Shown: positions 26,001-38,302 of the stretch, piece after piece | Position numbering within the stretch: the first letter of the stretch is position 1 | Layout: the number at the start of each line of letters is the position of its first letter | Source: Ascidiella aspersa | Lineage: Eukaryota | DNA: 64,000 bases | Reading direction: 5' to 3' | Assembly (NCBI GenBank): GCA_963924565.1 | Contig: OZ004612.1 | Location: forward strand, 7,564,001-7,628,000 | The notes under the pieces: generated by a model | The model's input: only the letters and a program-made list of their open reading frames with translations | The model's database searches: none | Told to the model about the DNA's origin: nothing | Program-made: the position numbers and the translations under genes

Positions 26001-29000
26001 TTAAATAAGGAACTGGGCTGTGGTCGTTAAAACAAATAAATAAAACTCTCAACCTATAGGTATCGCGGTAGCCCATGCATAGCAAGCAGATTACGTTATT
26101 CCTAGAACGTTATGCTTATCCGTTTAGCTACACCAGTGTAAAACATATTAATCCATTGGCGATAAACAGTTTTCTCACTAGGCACAAAAAATTAGGAAGA
26201 TTAGAGATTATACAATGCCATTCCAAAACGATTTGACAGGTCGAAGATTAGTGTTCGCAACATCTGTGCGTGAAGGGCTTATTTGTTTAGCAACCAAATC
26301 GAAGATTTAGTTTTAATTCGCAGGAATCGTTTTTTTTTTTTTTTGAAGAAAAAACACGCGCATTTTTAAGGTAATTTATTTTAGATTTTTTTCTGAATTT
26401 TAACTTTATTTTTCTGACAAAATTAAGGAATTTAAGGGACGTAACAGAAGTGCAATAAGCGTTATTTTGTCTTAAACAGAAGGCTTTTTGCTAAAAGAAT
26501 TGTTTTTCGAATCGAAAACCGTTTTTTTTTCGAGCTATCTACAATACCTACACCGCTACACGTGTGGTAATTATCCTTACAACTCTTGCTTAAAACTCTC
26601 AAGTTTAATAAAATCGATAGGCCACGCTTTCACGGTCTGTATTCATACTGAAAATCAAAATCAAGCGAGCTTTTGCCCTGCGCGAGGTTTCCGTCCTCAC
26701 TAAAGTTCACCTTAGGACGCCCCAAAAAATAACGCCTAAAGAAAACTTGCCTCTCCGAGTTGGCGGGTCGACTTGTGACCGGCTTAAAGATGGCGACTCG
26801 CTCGAAGGCGATCCTTAGGAGGAAAACGAGTCCTGCCGAGAAGGGAGTGAATAGGTCGAAGGTTTTGCACACGAAGCATCCTTCCTCCCGGAGGATGGAA
26901 AGAGCGCATGCGAACTGACAGAGGAGGAGTTGCTTGGTGAGGATCTCCTGAAGGTTCTCCTGGCCCTCCACTGAGAAGCCCTGGAGAAAAGAAGAAGATG
27001 AAAGTTCTCCGGTATGCGATTTGGGGAACACCTTGTATCGATGATTTTAAGATTTTTAGTCTTGGTGTGATATTAAAATTCACTTTTTAAAACTGTGTGA
27101 ACAGCACCGCGGCTTATTTTAATTAAAGAAGATGTTTTAAATTGGGTATAGGGAGGTATTAGTAATACGACATGACAGGACTTTATCCGGAAACTCAATG
27201 CAATTTATTAGTGAAGTTTTTGTAATTTGGTAAGTTTTCATTTCTTTTTTTTCGCGTGTTATAATTTATTTTCACTTTTTAAAACTTTGCAGCAAGAACA
27301 AGGTACAAATACGGATTACTGTTTAAATCTTAAGACAGGGTCATTTCTAAGCTACTTTTACTATTATTCATTCAATGGCTAAAGTTGTAAGGTTAGAATG
27401 CAACAGCTAGACTTTCATAACCGCGACCAGGCCAAGTAAAATAATGCCCTGGCGCCTGGACGACCATAAAATAAATAGTGTCATTGAAACCGCGTAAAAA
27501 TAACTGATTGGACGACCCTGATTACAAAAACTAAAAAAACTAATTTTAAACCATTGGTTAATTCCGAGTAAAAAAAAACACAACAGTATAAATGTCATAG
27601 TCAAGAGTCAACACAATAACCAATATTTGTTTCACTAAGGTACTGTTAAAACACCTAATTAAAGTAGCACAACAAATAAATCAAAAGACTATTCTAAAAC
27701 ATCTGAAACACACAGGATTTTAACAGAATTTTTAAAAACACATGGGATTTTTTTTTGAAAGTATCAATATCTGATTAATTCCAAGATATTCAAGATTGAT
27801 TGAAGAGAGATTTTTTGCAACCCTATATATATGACAAAAAAGCCTTACCCCGTCGGCCATCACGAAGTGGACACCCTCGTCACCCGTGTTGTCCAGCACG
27901 AATCGTTGGAACTCTTCCAAGTTTTCACCCTTCATAATGTCGCCTGTACCGTCCTTGCCGCCGACCCCTGCAGCGAAATATCCCTGTTATAGCATATAAG
28001 AACGTTATATGCTATAAACTGAGGCTAGAAGTATAGGGCGCACTTAAACAATTCCACAAAAATTAACCGGTTAAAAAACGGCAAGCGCCCGCCCTTATTA
28101 TTTTTTTTTCTGTGACTTGGCGGAACGCTGTGTTTTTAAATAACCTGGGCAATTTATAAAACTTGTGTATACTATTCATCCCAAATGTAATTCTAATTTA
28201 AGTTTAGATCACAAAAATGCTACTTTGTTCAACGGCGCATTTAAGCACATCAGTAGATTTTTTGGCCCTTATTGCCAAACTGCGCAAAGCAGAACGCACA
28301 ATTTTGGGTATGAATCTTTGCCAAAACATTTCAACGACAATAAAATAAATAAGTAATTAAAATAAATATAACAAAATGTTTTTTGTATTAGTTGTATCAG
28401 AGTAAAACCACAAGTTTTCTCGAAACTAAACATCGTCTGGTTTTCGCGTTAGACCTATTTAACCATTAAAGTTCACCAATAAGGGCCCAGCAAACACTAC
28501 TGGAGTGCGTGGTATTTAAAAGGCGCATGTCTGACCGTTTTGGTAGCGGGACTTTTCAGTGTGTAAGGGTCACGGCGACGTCTGTCAAATGACATTCGTG
28601 GTTTCATCTAGGTTTCTAGTTATCGTGATTAACAAAAGACCTTTTATAGAGACAGCAAATTGTGAGCTAGAGGATATAAAATATCTCGGCGACAAATCCA
28701 AGTTGCTAGTTTTTCATAATGGCGTCTATGGCTGGGTTTGGGCGAACAAAGCATAATCGACTGAACTGTTTATAAGTACGCGCGTTAGTGTTAGTGTACA
28801 ACTGTACAGTGTACAATAAATGTATCTATGTCAGTGGTTGGGTCGCCGTTTAATTTAAACCATCATGGAAATGAGCAAACTCGATCGGTAGTTGTCCAAA
28901 AAGCTCGTTGCTTTAGCCCAGTGTTTCTTAACCCATTGTTGGTGAACAAAATTCGATCGCCGACAGTAGTAGTTCACAAGGTTACATCTATTGATATTGG

Positions 29001-32000
29001 TTTTAAAATGATTGCTCAATACTTTGCAGAAGCAATACGAACACAAGGCTCAAATCAACTAAATTTCAACTCATTTAAGCCAATGTGTTAACGTTTTGTT
29101 CGCTTAAATTAGAAAAATTAAAAGAGAATTGGGTTGCCAAATCTTCGCTGTTAAACTTACGCTAAGTATTTTGGTCGCCGCGTAAAAAGGTTGAAAAACC
29201 TGATCCATAACCTTGTGTGAACCGTTACGGTGGTAGAGATAACGAAAACTTACCGTAGTGGGGTTCGAACAGCTCCGAGTCGGCGGCAAAGAAGTCGTTC
29301 AGCTTGAAGTCGTTGCCGCCCTTAAGGGTGAAGCCGAAGCCCTTGGCCCTCCACTTCTTGCGCCAAAGCACGTACTCCGAGAAACCGCCCGGGCCTGCGC
29401 ATATGTCGGCGAAGTAAAGCAGCTGGTTGGACTGCAAGCCCTGAAAACATGGCGTTTACAAAAAAATTAGTGTCCTGTTAACTTGCACGAAGTTTGGCAG
29501 TTGAATCTGCTGCAGGTCCTGTTATAACGACACTTTTTTCACTAAAACTGCAGAGGTATTAGGAAACGGAGACGCTAGTTAAGCTGTGAACCGCCTAAAA
29601 AAGGCCTTTTTGACAAGTAAACTAGTTCGCCCACTTTTACGTTTTTTAGCTATACGAGAGAACTCTGCTTAACTGCTTTGTATTGCCGTAACACTATTTT
29701 TAACAAACTCTTAGACCAATTGTAAAACAGTGATATATCGAAACTAAACAAGCGCTAAGAGTTTCAGCGGAAATACTTCAAAACCACTTTGTTTGGAGGT
29801 TCATTGTGATTTGCGAAGAGTACTTCGGTTTTGCTAAGGTTGACATCCTTTAAAAGTTATAAAAGCCACTTTTTGCAATTAGCCAAGTGAATAGCAAACC
29901 TTTTTGTACAACATTAACATAGTAATGTTCTTTAATTATGTGATGTAATTTGACAGGCCGTAGGTTTAATCGACAGGCACAACAGTTGTCACGCAGAACT
30001 TTCCAGCAACTTATTTTCACATTTGTATACGGGCGCATCGGTTTTAAGCTGTTTGGTCTAAAATTGACATATTCGCAAAATCAAGAATCACCAAAAATAT
30101 GAGAAAATTTCATTAAATTCCGCACATTTTAAAATTATAACTTCCACTTGTATCAGCTGCTGTACATATTGGGAAAACATTATAAATAATTTAAGTCAAA
30201 CGATCTTGTTGTGTATTCACTCACGTGGTCATAACTTCTCAAGAGAATGAAATGTAAACGATGCTGTGTAATAAACAAACAGCTGTAAAAAAACAGTAAA
30301 ATAAACGACATCGCAGTCAACATTTACACATTTGACTTAACATATAATTTTAACAATTTTCGGGCTCGAGCATCAAGAATAAGGTATAGGCCCTCGCAAA
30401 TCACCAAAAAAAACAGTAAACTAAATTAATTACTAATTGTGTAAAACAGCAGTGTTCGATATTTACAACAAAACCTTACCAAACTACAAAGCGAATGACG
30501 TAGGCTGTAAATGCAGCTAGGCACTGATACCGAGTAATGAGAACATTTCTTGGTATAGTTAACGTCATGTGCGACATCTTACAATAAACGTCATGCGCAC
30601 TCGCATTTTAATATCTTTCCATTAAAAAAACGTCAGTCTACAACAATAGGTCATCATGACACCGGGAAGTAAAAAAATGTGTCGAAATCCGAGAAAGATC
30701 AAACAACGGAAACTAACAGCCGGGAAATCAATCATCATACTGACGTCACTGCAACAAGTCGAGGCATATTTGCGTATTCCTGTTTTACGTCACGGATGGG
30801 ATTACAACGGTTAAAAAATAACTTGGCGAATTTATATTTTTAACATTGGAGCGTAATGGCTGGAAGTTGTACTTTGTTCGAAATAAATAAAAAATTATTT
30901 AAAGCGCTTTTAAAAACTTCTTATTCTGTATGGGACTCAAATTTTACATTTTAAATAATTTTCTGTTTTTAGGGCGTTTCTTGGCTTTCTCTATTTTGTG
31001 TTTTCGACAATAACCATTTATCACTATTCGAGTCTACAAAATTATGAAAACTTTGTACATGCTTGGCTTTTACCAATGTAACGTAAAAATCGTGTAAATT
31101 TATATTCACCTTGACAAGATTGCCAACGACATGGATGTTGCACGAGGCAGTTTTTGCATTTAATTTAACTCGAAGGGTAAATTGCACTAACTAAAGTTTA
31201 ATGAATTTATGGTTTTAATTCGAAAAAACTGAGATCGGGTGAATCCACCACGACAGGAGTGTGGCAATTTGTAAACCATGAACGTCCGATAGAAATACTT
31301 TTACCGAACAAAGCGAAAAACTTACTTTTGGCGAGGTGAACATGTAGCCGAAGCAATGATCCATGTTGGCCATCTTCATGGCGGCGCGATTGAGGAAGAT
31401 TCCGCCTTTTATGATCTCGTACGGATTTGAACGCGTCCGCGCTTTCCGCATTTCAGGACCTTCGAGGTCGTCGAAGATTGTCTGTTCAAATTTAAATGTT
31501 TAACTTTGAGACAGTGTTCCTTAGTCTATGGGTCTTCCCGAAAAGTATGTCACCGTCATTTTTTTAGACGGCGAACATAGTAAGACCACATCGTTAGATT
31601 TGAGTAGATTGTCCCTGGACAAGATTGCACAAAAATTTGACCGAATTGTTGAAGAAATTAATTCAAGGCCCCACTACGTGATAAACTTGATTGTTATGTT
31701 TGTTGTCTCATTTGTGTTTATTCACATTAGTTTTACAAACTGTCCGTTAAATTAAAATGGTCCTTAAAACGTTATGCACCGTATGTTGCGTTGGTCGCAT
31801 AAAAAATCAAATATTTGATGTAAATCGATGTTTGTTGACTAAATAATCTAAAAAAACGCTTTTTACCACTTCAAACAATACTAATAAAACTATAATTTTG
31901 CTGCAGCCAATCAATACTGTTGCTGCTCTAGAATAGATTGTTTTAAAATCTAAACAAAGAAACTTAATCAGTATAATCTCATTAATTTTTGCGATTTTTA

Positions 32001-35000
32001 ACGTGGACGGCTACAAATGGTGCTAACTAATAAACTGTATAATATATACTATATAGTTTTTGCATAAATTGTGTTTTCTTAATGTCGAGTTGTCGACTAT
32101 ACTTCCCTAAATGTCGATCATAAAAATATTTTCAAGGTCATGTTTTATATTTACGACCTGAAATCAATGAGAATCTACAGGTAAATTTAATCCATATTTC
32201 TTACATTTCTAAGCGCGTGGTTTTGGTAAATGTTTCAACTTTGGTAACTGTTAGGCTTTGAGTGAGAAAGTATTGGGCAAAAAACAAGCGTTAATTTAGA
32301 AGCATAAGGATAAGGCATTTATCCATTCGGTCGAATTTAAATAGCTATAGTATCTATCCCTATTGAAAAAAAACAGTGCAAAAATACTGATTTATAGTTT
32401 AACAGTAAGGTGGCAAACAATTCGAAATCTTGCAGCCTTTAAAAGATATGTATAACCAAACCATCAACGGCCTTAACGCTGCTTGAAGGTGCGTACCTAT
32501 AGAAGTATGCAAATGCGACACCTGCGCTAGTTGTGTGGCATTTGAAAAAAACTTACTTTGCATGTAAGGACCGTCTGCAGAGCTTTGTGATCACAAAAGT
32601 GCGTTTCGTCATCGATTCGAAGTTTTCTCTGATAAAACAAAAAATAAAAATATATAATAATGTTATTGCGTGGGGATTTGGAAAACTACGACATCGCTTT
32701 TTTTTAAAAAGGCTGTTTTTCTATTTCAACATATAACTAATAAACGTAAGTACACCAAATGATGATCGAATAAGTCCTTAAATAATATATGTATAGCAGC
32801 ACAGCATGGATCAGTTTAAGAGACTTAGACCAGATTTCATTAAAGAATTCGGATTGTAGATCGCTTGCAAACTTCTGGTAATTTACAGAATACTGCATAT
32901 AAAAAAGCAAAAGAATAACAAAGCCCAATAAGCTGGATGTCCCATACATGCATAGAGGAATTCAGTTGTTCACAGGAGTGCTTACATGAGTTTATATGTG
33001 TGTAACTGAGTAGCATATTTAAGTTTTGGTAACTAATAGTTTATTTTTGATAACGAGAAAAAATTGAGTGTCACATTTCAGTAAGTTCTTCTTAATGAGC
33101 CAATTAGTTTTGTAATTCCGACTAACAGCTTCTATAATAAAACGTTCATATTATTATTAACCCAAACTGATTGATAAATAACTGTTTATCACCTCTAGGC
33201 CAGTATTTTGCTGAATCGCGTTTTTGCTAAAGAACTGTCAGAGTCCTAAATCGCACTCATCAAACGAAATCTAAGTAATTTACAGAAAGATTTCATTATT
33301 CAGGGGAGGCTGAGCACCCAAAGTTTTTGCTGAAGGTCCCTGAGCACCCTAAGCACCCCAACCTACTCTCTCTATGTTTTAATCAAAACATCTATTTTGA
33401 ATTTGAGTTTTGTTAAGTATAAAAATGTTTCTTTTAACTCCCAACAATGGTACTTGCTGGCCCAACTTTGAGCCACTGTTTTTTTTACTTACTTTTCCCT
33501 CCTGTATCCAGTCAACAAGTTCATCATCGTCGGGAATTTCCCCTGTATAGTTTGGCATCCAACTGACCTCTTCGTGAGCAGAAGGAGCTTTCTCGTCGGT
33601 CCAATCAACAACAACCTCTTGGTCCAAGGCCTTTAAAGAAAAAACAAAGGATTACTTGGTAATTCAGTTAAAGGAATAAAATGAAAGATGTCTCCTGCAA
33701 TCCTTGAACTTAAAAAAATCTTAAACAGCTGCTTTTTTATTTTCTAACTGGATATTTAACATATTATAAAAGTCAAACATCATAAAAAATATTGTAAAAA
33801 AAACAGGATTTTTGCATACATGCCTCATAAACAAAATAATTAAAAACACATGACAATGTTATGAATTGCTCAACAATACATACTTGACAATTACAAAAAT
33901 TTCACGTATTCTAGCAATAAAATTACGTCACAATTAAGCGATAACGCTCATAATTATGCAATGACAGGTTGTTTACTTTTCTATGCGGCAACATGCTGAG
34001 CTGCGTATTTACTTGAAAGGAAATGACTCAAAACACATAATAAGCAGGCAACAAAAACGCGAACTCCAGTGATAAGCAAGTTAACACTATAACAAAATAG
34101 GGCTGTTAGGCTCCCATAAAAAACATTTTGCCAAAAAAAAAAACCTATCGCAAAGTTCGATTTTAACATTGTTAGTACAGGTTGTAAGTCTAAACCTTAA
34201 ATTTATTTGTTAATGGGTACTGTTTCCATAAAATTTTGTTGTTGCACCAAGGATTTAATTAGCATTAGGGAATAACTTCTCTTTTATGTAATGTAGCATT
34301 GCACTCAGGCTACTATTAAATGAGCCACAGGAAACACTAGTTTGATTCTTGGGCTCCTTGTTAACCATTGTATACTAATATTAGTAATAAGAATAACTTA
34401 ATAAAAGTTTTTTGAAGTATTGTGTATCATATCACAGTACTAATATTACAAGACCTTGTAGAATGTTGCCATTCAAAGCAGAGGGCATACACACATTACC
34501 AAAAACCATGCTACTTAAAAATTCACAACATCTAAAACACTTGCGTAACCAAACTTGAATCTTATTGACTATAGACAGTAGACAGGCAGTAAAATTGTTA
34601 AATCCATTGACACACAGTAAATTTGTTAAATTTGACAAACAGTAAAATTGATAAATCCATTGACACCCAGTAAATTCGATAAAATTTGACAAACAGTAAA
34701 TTTGATATATCCAAGAGAAAAGTTGCTGACAAGTGAGAACATTTAAGTTCTTCTAAAATCATATTGATATTGCATTACAGTTTTCAGCGCACTATTTGAC
34801 AAGTGGTAATTAACCTACCCATTCAAGCAAAGCCTATATTGATTACGATGGACATTGGCAAGAAATCAGAAATAGTGGTGTGATTACACAACAGGAGACA
34901 AAGAAAGTGCAACATATCCAGTGACGAATTGTGTAATCTGGATTACAAAGGCCACCCTCACCTTTATTGTAAGGCCCAGACCTCGGCGACCTTTTTGTTG

Positions 35001-36794
35001 CGAGGCCTCCACAATGTTCACTCGCCCCTGGCTTGACTTGCCAAGTCCGGTGCCCGGCTTGTAGCCCATCTTCGACATCATGTTGCTGGCAAAATTGCTG
35101 TAGTTACCCTGAAAAAAGTTGATTTTCAATATTAACATTTTTTTCAATAAACAGGTGTTAAAATTATGGATTCCTAGCTATTAAGGTGATTGTTTATGAA
35201 AATGATAAAAATGGCTGTAAAATGCCTTTTTAAAACAATTACCTATAAACAAACTGGTTGAATGGGTGACTAAATTTATAAGGTTTACAATTGTTTTGAG
35301 CAAAAAGTCATAGTTAGGGTAATTTTAACTCAACTTTATATGGCTAATTTTTTTAATCCTTACCAGCTGCTGCATTTTGGCCATTTCTTCCTGTTGTTCT
35401 TCTGTAATACAAACATAATTAAAAACAGAATTCAAAAATAGGCATTAGCAATAAATTTCAAATAAAATACCAGTAAAAACTTTTAACAACATTAGAGTAT
35501 TGTTTCTAACCATTGCTCCTCCATTAAAGTAACTTATTTTAGACTGTTTAATGTGCACTTAATGATACAATTTCTTATATATATATATATAAATGGTATT
35601 ATATTAGTTTTTGGTTATATACCATTTATCATAGGACACAAAGTGACAAAACAATCATAAAACTTGACTTTAACTAACATACAATGAAGTCTCATCATGA
35701 TAAACTATAATGAAATCAATTCATAGAAAATAAAATGAAACAAAAACAATGGTTTACTTACGTTTAATTTTCTTTGGTGGACTTTCATTGAATTCCCTTC
35801 CATCCCCTGATTCACTGCTTGACAGGGTATTTGCATTGCTTCCATATTCCTGAAAATATCAGGGGGAAGTTAACAAAGATGGATATTGTAGATATATACC
35901 TAAATTAAACAAAAAATGCAGATCAACAGATATTCTGTAATGAGGCTACATACATTTCTACTGAACAATGAGGTTAATATATTCAGTAATTAGAGTGACC
36001 TTTCTCCGGCAACACAACCATTTACTTAGAACCATTCAGCTTTTAATTAACAAGAAACTAATTTAAATATATAGTATGTTAGGGTCTTACAAACTTCCTT
36101 TTCCTTTCATCAGATACTTGATTGAAACTTCCATAATCTGTAAATGTAGTAAAATATAATTTGAGGCAGAGTATATTTAATTTGTCCAATTATATTATTG
36201 AATTATTGATTTAGCATGTTGGTTTACTCAATAGTTTTATTATCTTTTGGGTAAAATTGACATAAAGCTGCATATATCCTTTGCTTTGTTTTACAAACAA
36301 CATATAAACCCTGATCGAGTATATATAATTGTCTTTTGCAAACATCCAAAATATGTAATTGCATATGGCGTTCCGCAAATATTTCATGTTTTTTTCTATT
36401 TAGGTGTCTGAAATCCTAAAAAATTTGGATAGGCATGTAGAATTATCATCAATTGTCCTACAATCTGCAGTGCAGCAAGGCATAGTTGAAATTTTTCAAG
36501 GGAATTAAGGCCATATTTTAATTTAATTCAAATTTGAAGTTATGTGAGAGAAACAAGCCTCTTAGTTCTACCTTGAAAAACAAGAGCAGTCTGACTAACT
36601 ATTTTCAATACTGTTTAGTTTGTTAAAGTGGAATTTATATTTCAACTTTGTTGTATCGTTGAACAGACTAAAACCAAATTGTAATAAAAATAAAAACTTC
36701 AAGTTTTATAGTGCTTACAATTAGCTGTGTCTGGTTCCTCATTAGAGTCAGATTCGTCAGAACTTGACTCCGTCTGGCTTGTTGATGAAGCCAT
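20004..36794 (-). CDS. CMTR1: Cap-specific mRNA (nucleoside-2'-O-)-methyltransferase 1, 830 aa, 20 exons: 36719-36794, 36091-36137, 35762-35849, 35364-35401, 34962-35108, 33493-33630, 32557-32628, 31326-31481, 29254-29440, 27849-27967, 26751-26980, 25276-25458, 24520-24576, 23918-24179, 23096-23218, 22597-22688, 21874-21990, 21369-21484, 21095-21203, 20004-20139
   Basis: All exons join in frame (2493 nt). Contains a G-patch ([20 protein letters not shown]...KGRRGLGL); an FtsJ-like MTase with SAM motif [14 protein letters not shown] and K-D-K-E tetrad ([29 protein letters not shown]); a guanylyltransferase-like region; a WW domain ([29 protein letters not shown]); and a C-terminus resembling vertebrate CMTR1 ([11 protein letters not shown]). 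Exons 1-4 rest on splice and frame consistency only. Confidence 0.95.
20421..20698. repeat. 89-bp inverted repeat (20421-20509 / 20610-20698, 100-bp spacer); probable Penelope-like pLTR relic
   Basis: The arms are reverse complements with 2 mismatches, and each contains a hammerhead core. Confidence 0.9.
20605..20648 (+). ncRNA. Minimal type-I hammerhead ribozyme motif (Penelope-like element type)
   Basis: TTTACA-CTGATGA-T-GGCA-TGAGTTAT-TGCT-GAAA-CGTC-TGTAAA: 6-bp stem I, intact CUGAUGA and GAAA boxes, one extra U after A9, 4-bp stem II, palindromic ACGU helix III, and a GUC cleavage triplet (after 20642). Confidence 0.75.
27987..28017. repeat. Perfect 13-bp hairpin next to the CMTR1 exon-10 acceptor
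   Basis: TTATAGCATATAA-GAACG-TTATATGCTATAA. Confidence 0.8.
34587..34712. repeat. Minisatellite of alternating 28- and 25/26-bp units (CAGTAAA...) in CMTR1 intron 5
   Basis: Unit starts at 34587, 34615, 34640, 34668 and 34694. Confidence 0.85.
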
Positions 36795-38302
36795 AAGTCC
36801 AGTAAGTTACAAAATTGCTAGTTCCCTATTTTCTGAGACTAACACAAAGCAATTAATTATGTTCACATGAACTACAAAGTGATGGAATACAAAAACATTT
36901 GTAATGCTGATGGAAAAGTTGACAACGGTTGGAATTTTCGATGAAGTAGCATCACCAAATGAAGCAAATCACAAAAGTGGAACAAGGTGCAAAATTTATA
37001 GAAAAGGGCTGCAATTGTTTTTGTGGGTATTAAAAAAATACAGCATTTATTTCATCATAACCTTGTAGCCTTGAGGAAGTTATCTAGTAACAGTTTGCAA
37101 CCCTTACAAATTAAGCAAAAAGAGATAAACTTTTGAACATTCAGCATATTAAAGGTCAGGCAAAAAGTTACAATGGCGACACCACATTATGTTCAAGTAA
37201 ATTTTCCACAATCGCAACAACACTGAACCGATTTGGAATATATATAACATAGCAAACGCTATTAGGTGATGACACAGTGCAATGTGAGCTGTGAATATTT
37301 ATTAATTCTGACAAATTTTCCTAATGACAAAAGAAACCTTTAAATTTTTTTTAGAAATACTTTCAGGCGCAGAGCTTTAAATTAACATAGTTGACCCAAA
37401 AATGAAGTTAATGAAAGCACCCGAATCAGAAGATACATTGCAACATACAATCACGCACAATTGTAATAACGATTTGAACAAAAGTTGCTCATATAGAAAT
37501 AATTTTTTGTCAGTAGGGTGCCTATTTAAACACAACGGAAATAAATCAGGATTTTAAATAATTAAGCACATAGGATATTCAGACAAGGATGAAACAAGAT
37601 GAAATCAATAAAAAAACAGTACCAACAGTAGTTACAGGACTTAATATGTAACCAAAGCTATTACAATTGAAATAGCTTTTTAAAAGAAAATAGAATACCA
37701 GGTGTGGTGTTAACAACGTTTTTCATCAATCACAAAAATCAGCAAATAAATCAAAAAAAAACAATAAAATGTTCCCAAAAATCCCTGCACATACAACAAC
37801 TTTGGACCGGATGTAAAAGTTGAGACATTTCAAAGGAAAACAAAAATTAGAGCTAGAACTGCGAATTGTACAAAAAAGGCAAGGCAGGAACTTTATTTTG
37901 TTCTAGCGCAAAGAATCATACAAAACATCTTCTTTATCATTATAACAAGCAGTTGGGCAACAACTTTTGAGAGAAATTTATTAAGGTTTTGAACTAAGAC
38001 TTTGGGTATATAATGCAGAACGGCAACAAAAGCTTTCATAAACTTAAAAAGTGCATTTTAAACCATTTGTAGAGAAGCACAACAAAAATTATAATTTATA
38101 TAATATAAAAAAAATATTCACATCAGAAATTACTGTACATGTGAGTTGTAATTTGAAAAATGTAATTGTGCTTATTTAAGTGGAAGCGACCCAGAAGACA
38201 ATTTATCATACTGGATCATTAAGATAAAACTTCTGGCTTGTGTTCAGGATCTCCCAAAAACACAGTCTTTAAATGACCATTTTATAGTTGTAAAATTCCA
38301 AG

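Noticed and set aside
34587-34712. CRISPR-like periodic repeat
   Set aside because: No unique spacers, eukaryotic intron, no cas genes; it is a minisatellite.
37265-37310. Box C (GTGATGA) and box D (CTGA) snoRNA-like pair
   Set aside because: Only ~45 nt apart, antisense to the host transcripts, and no convincing terminal stem.
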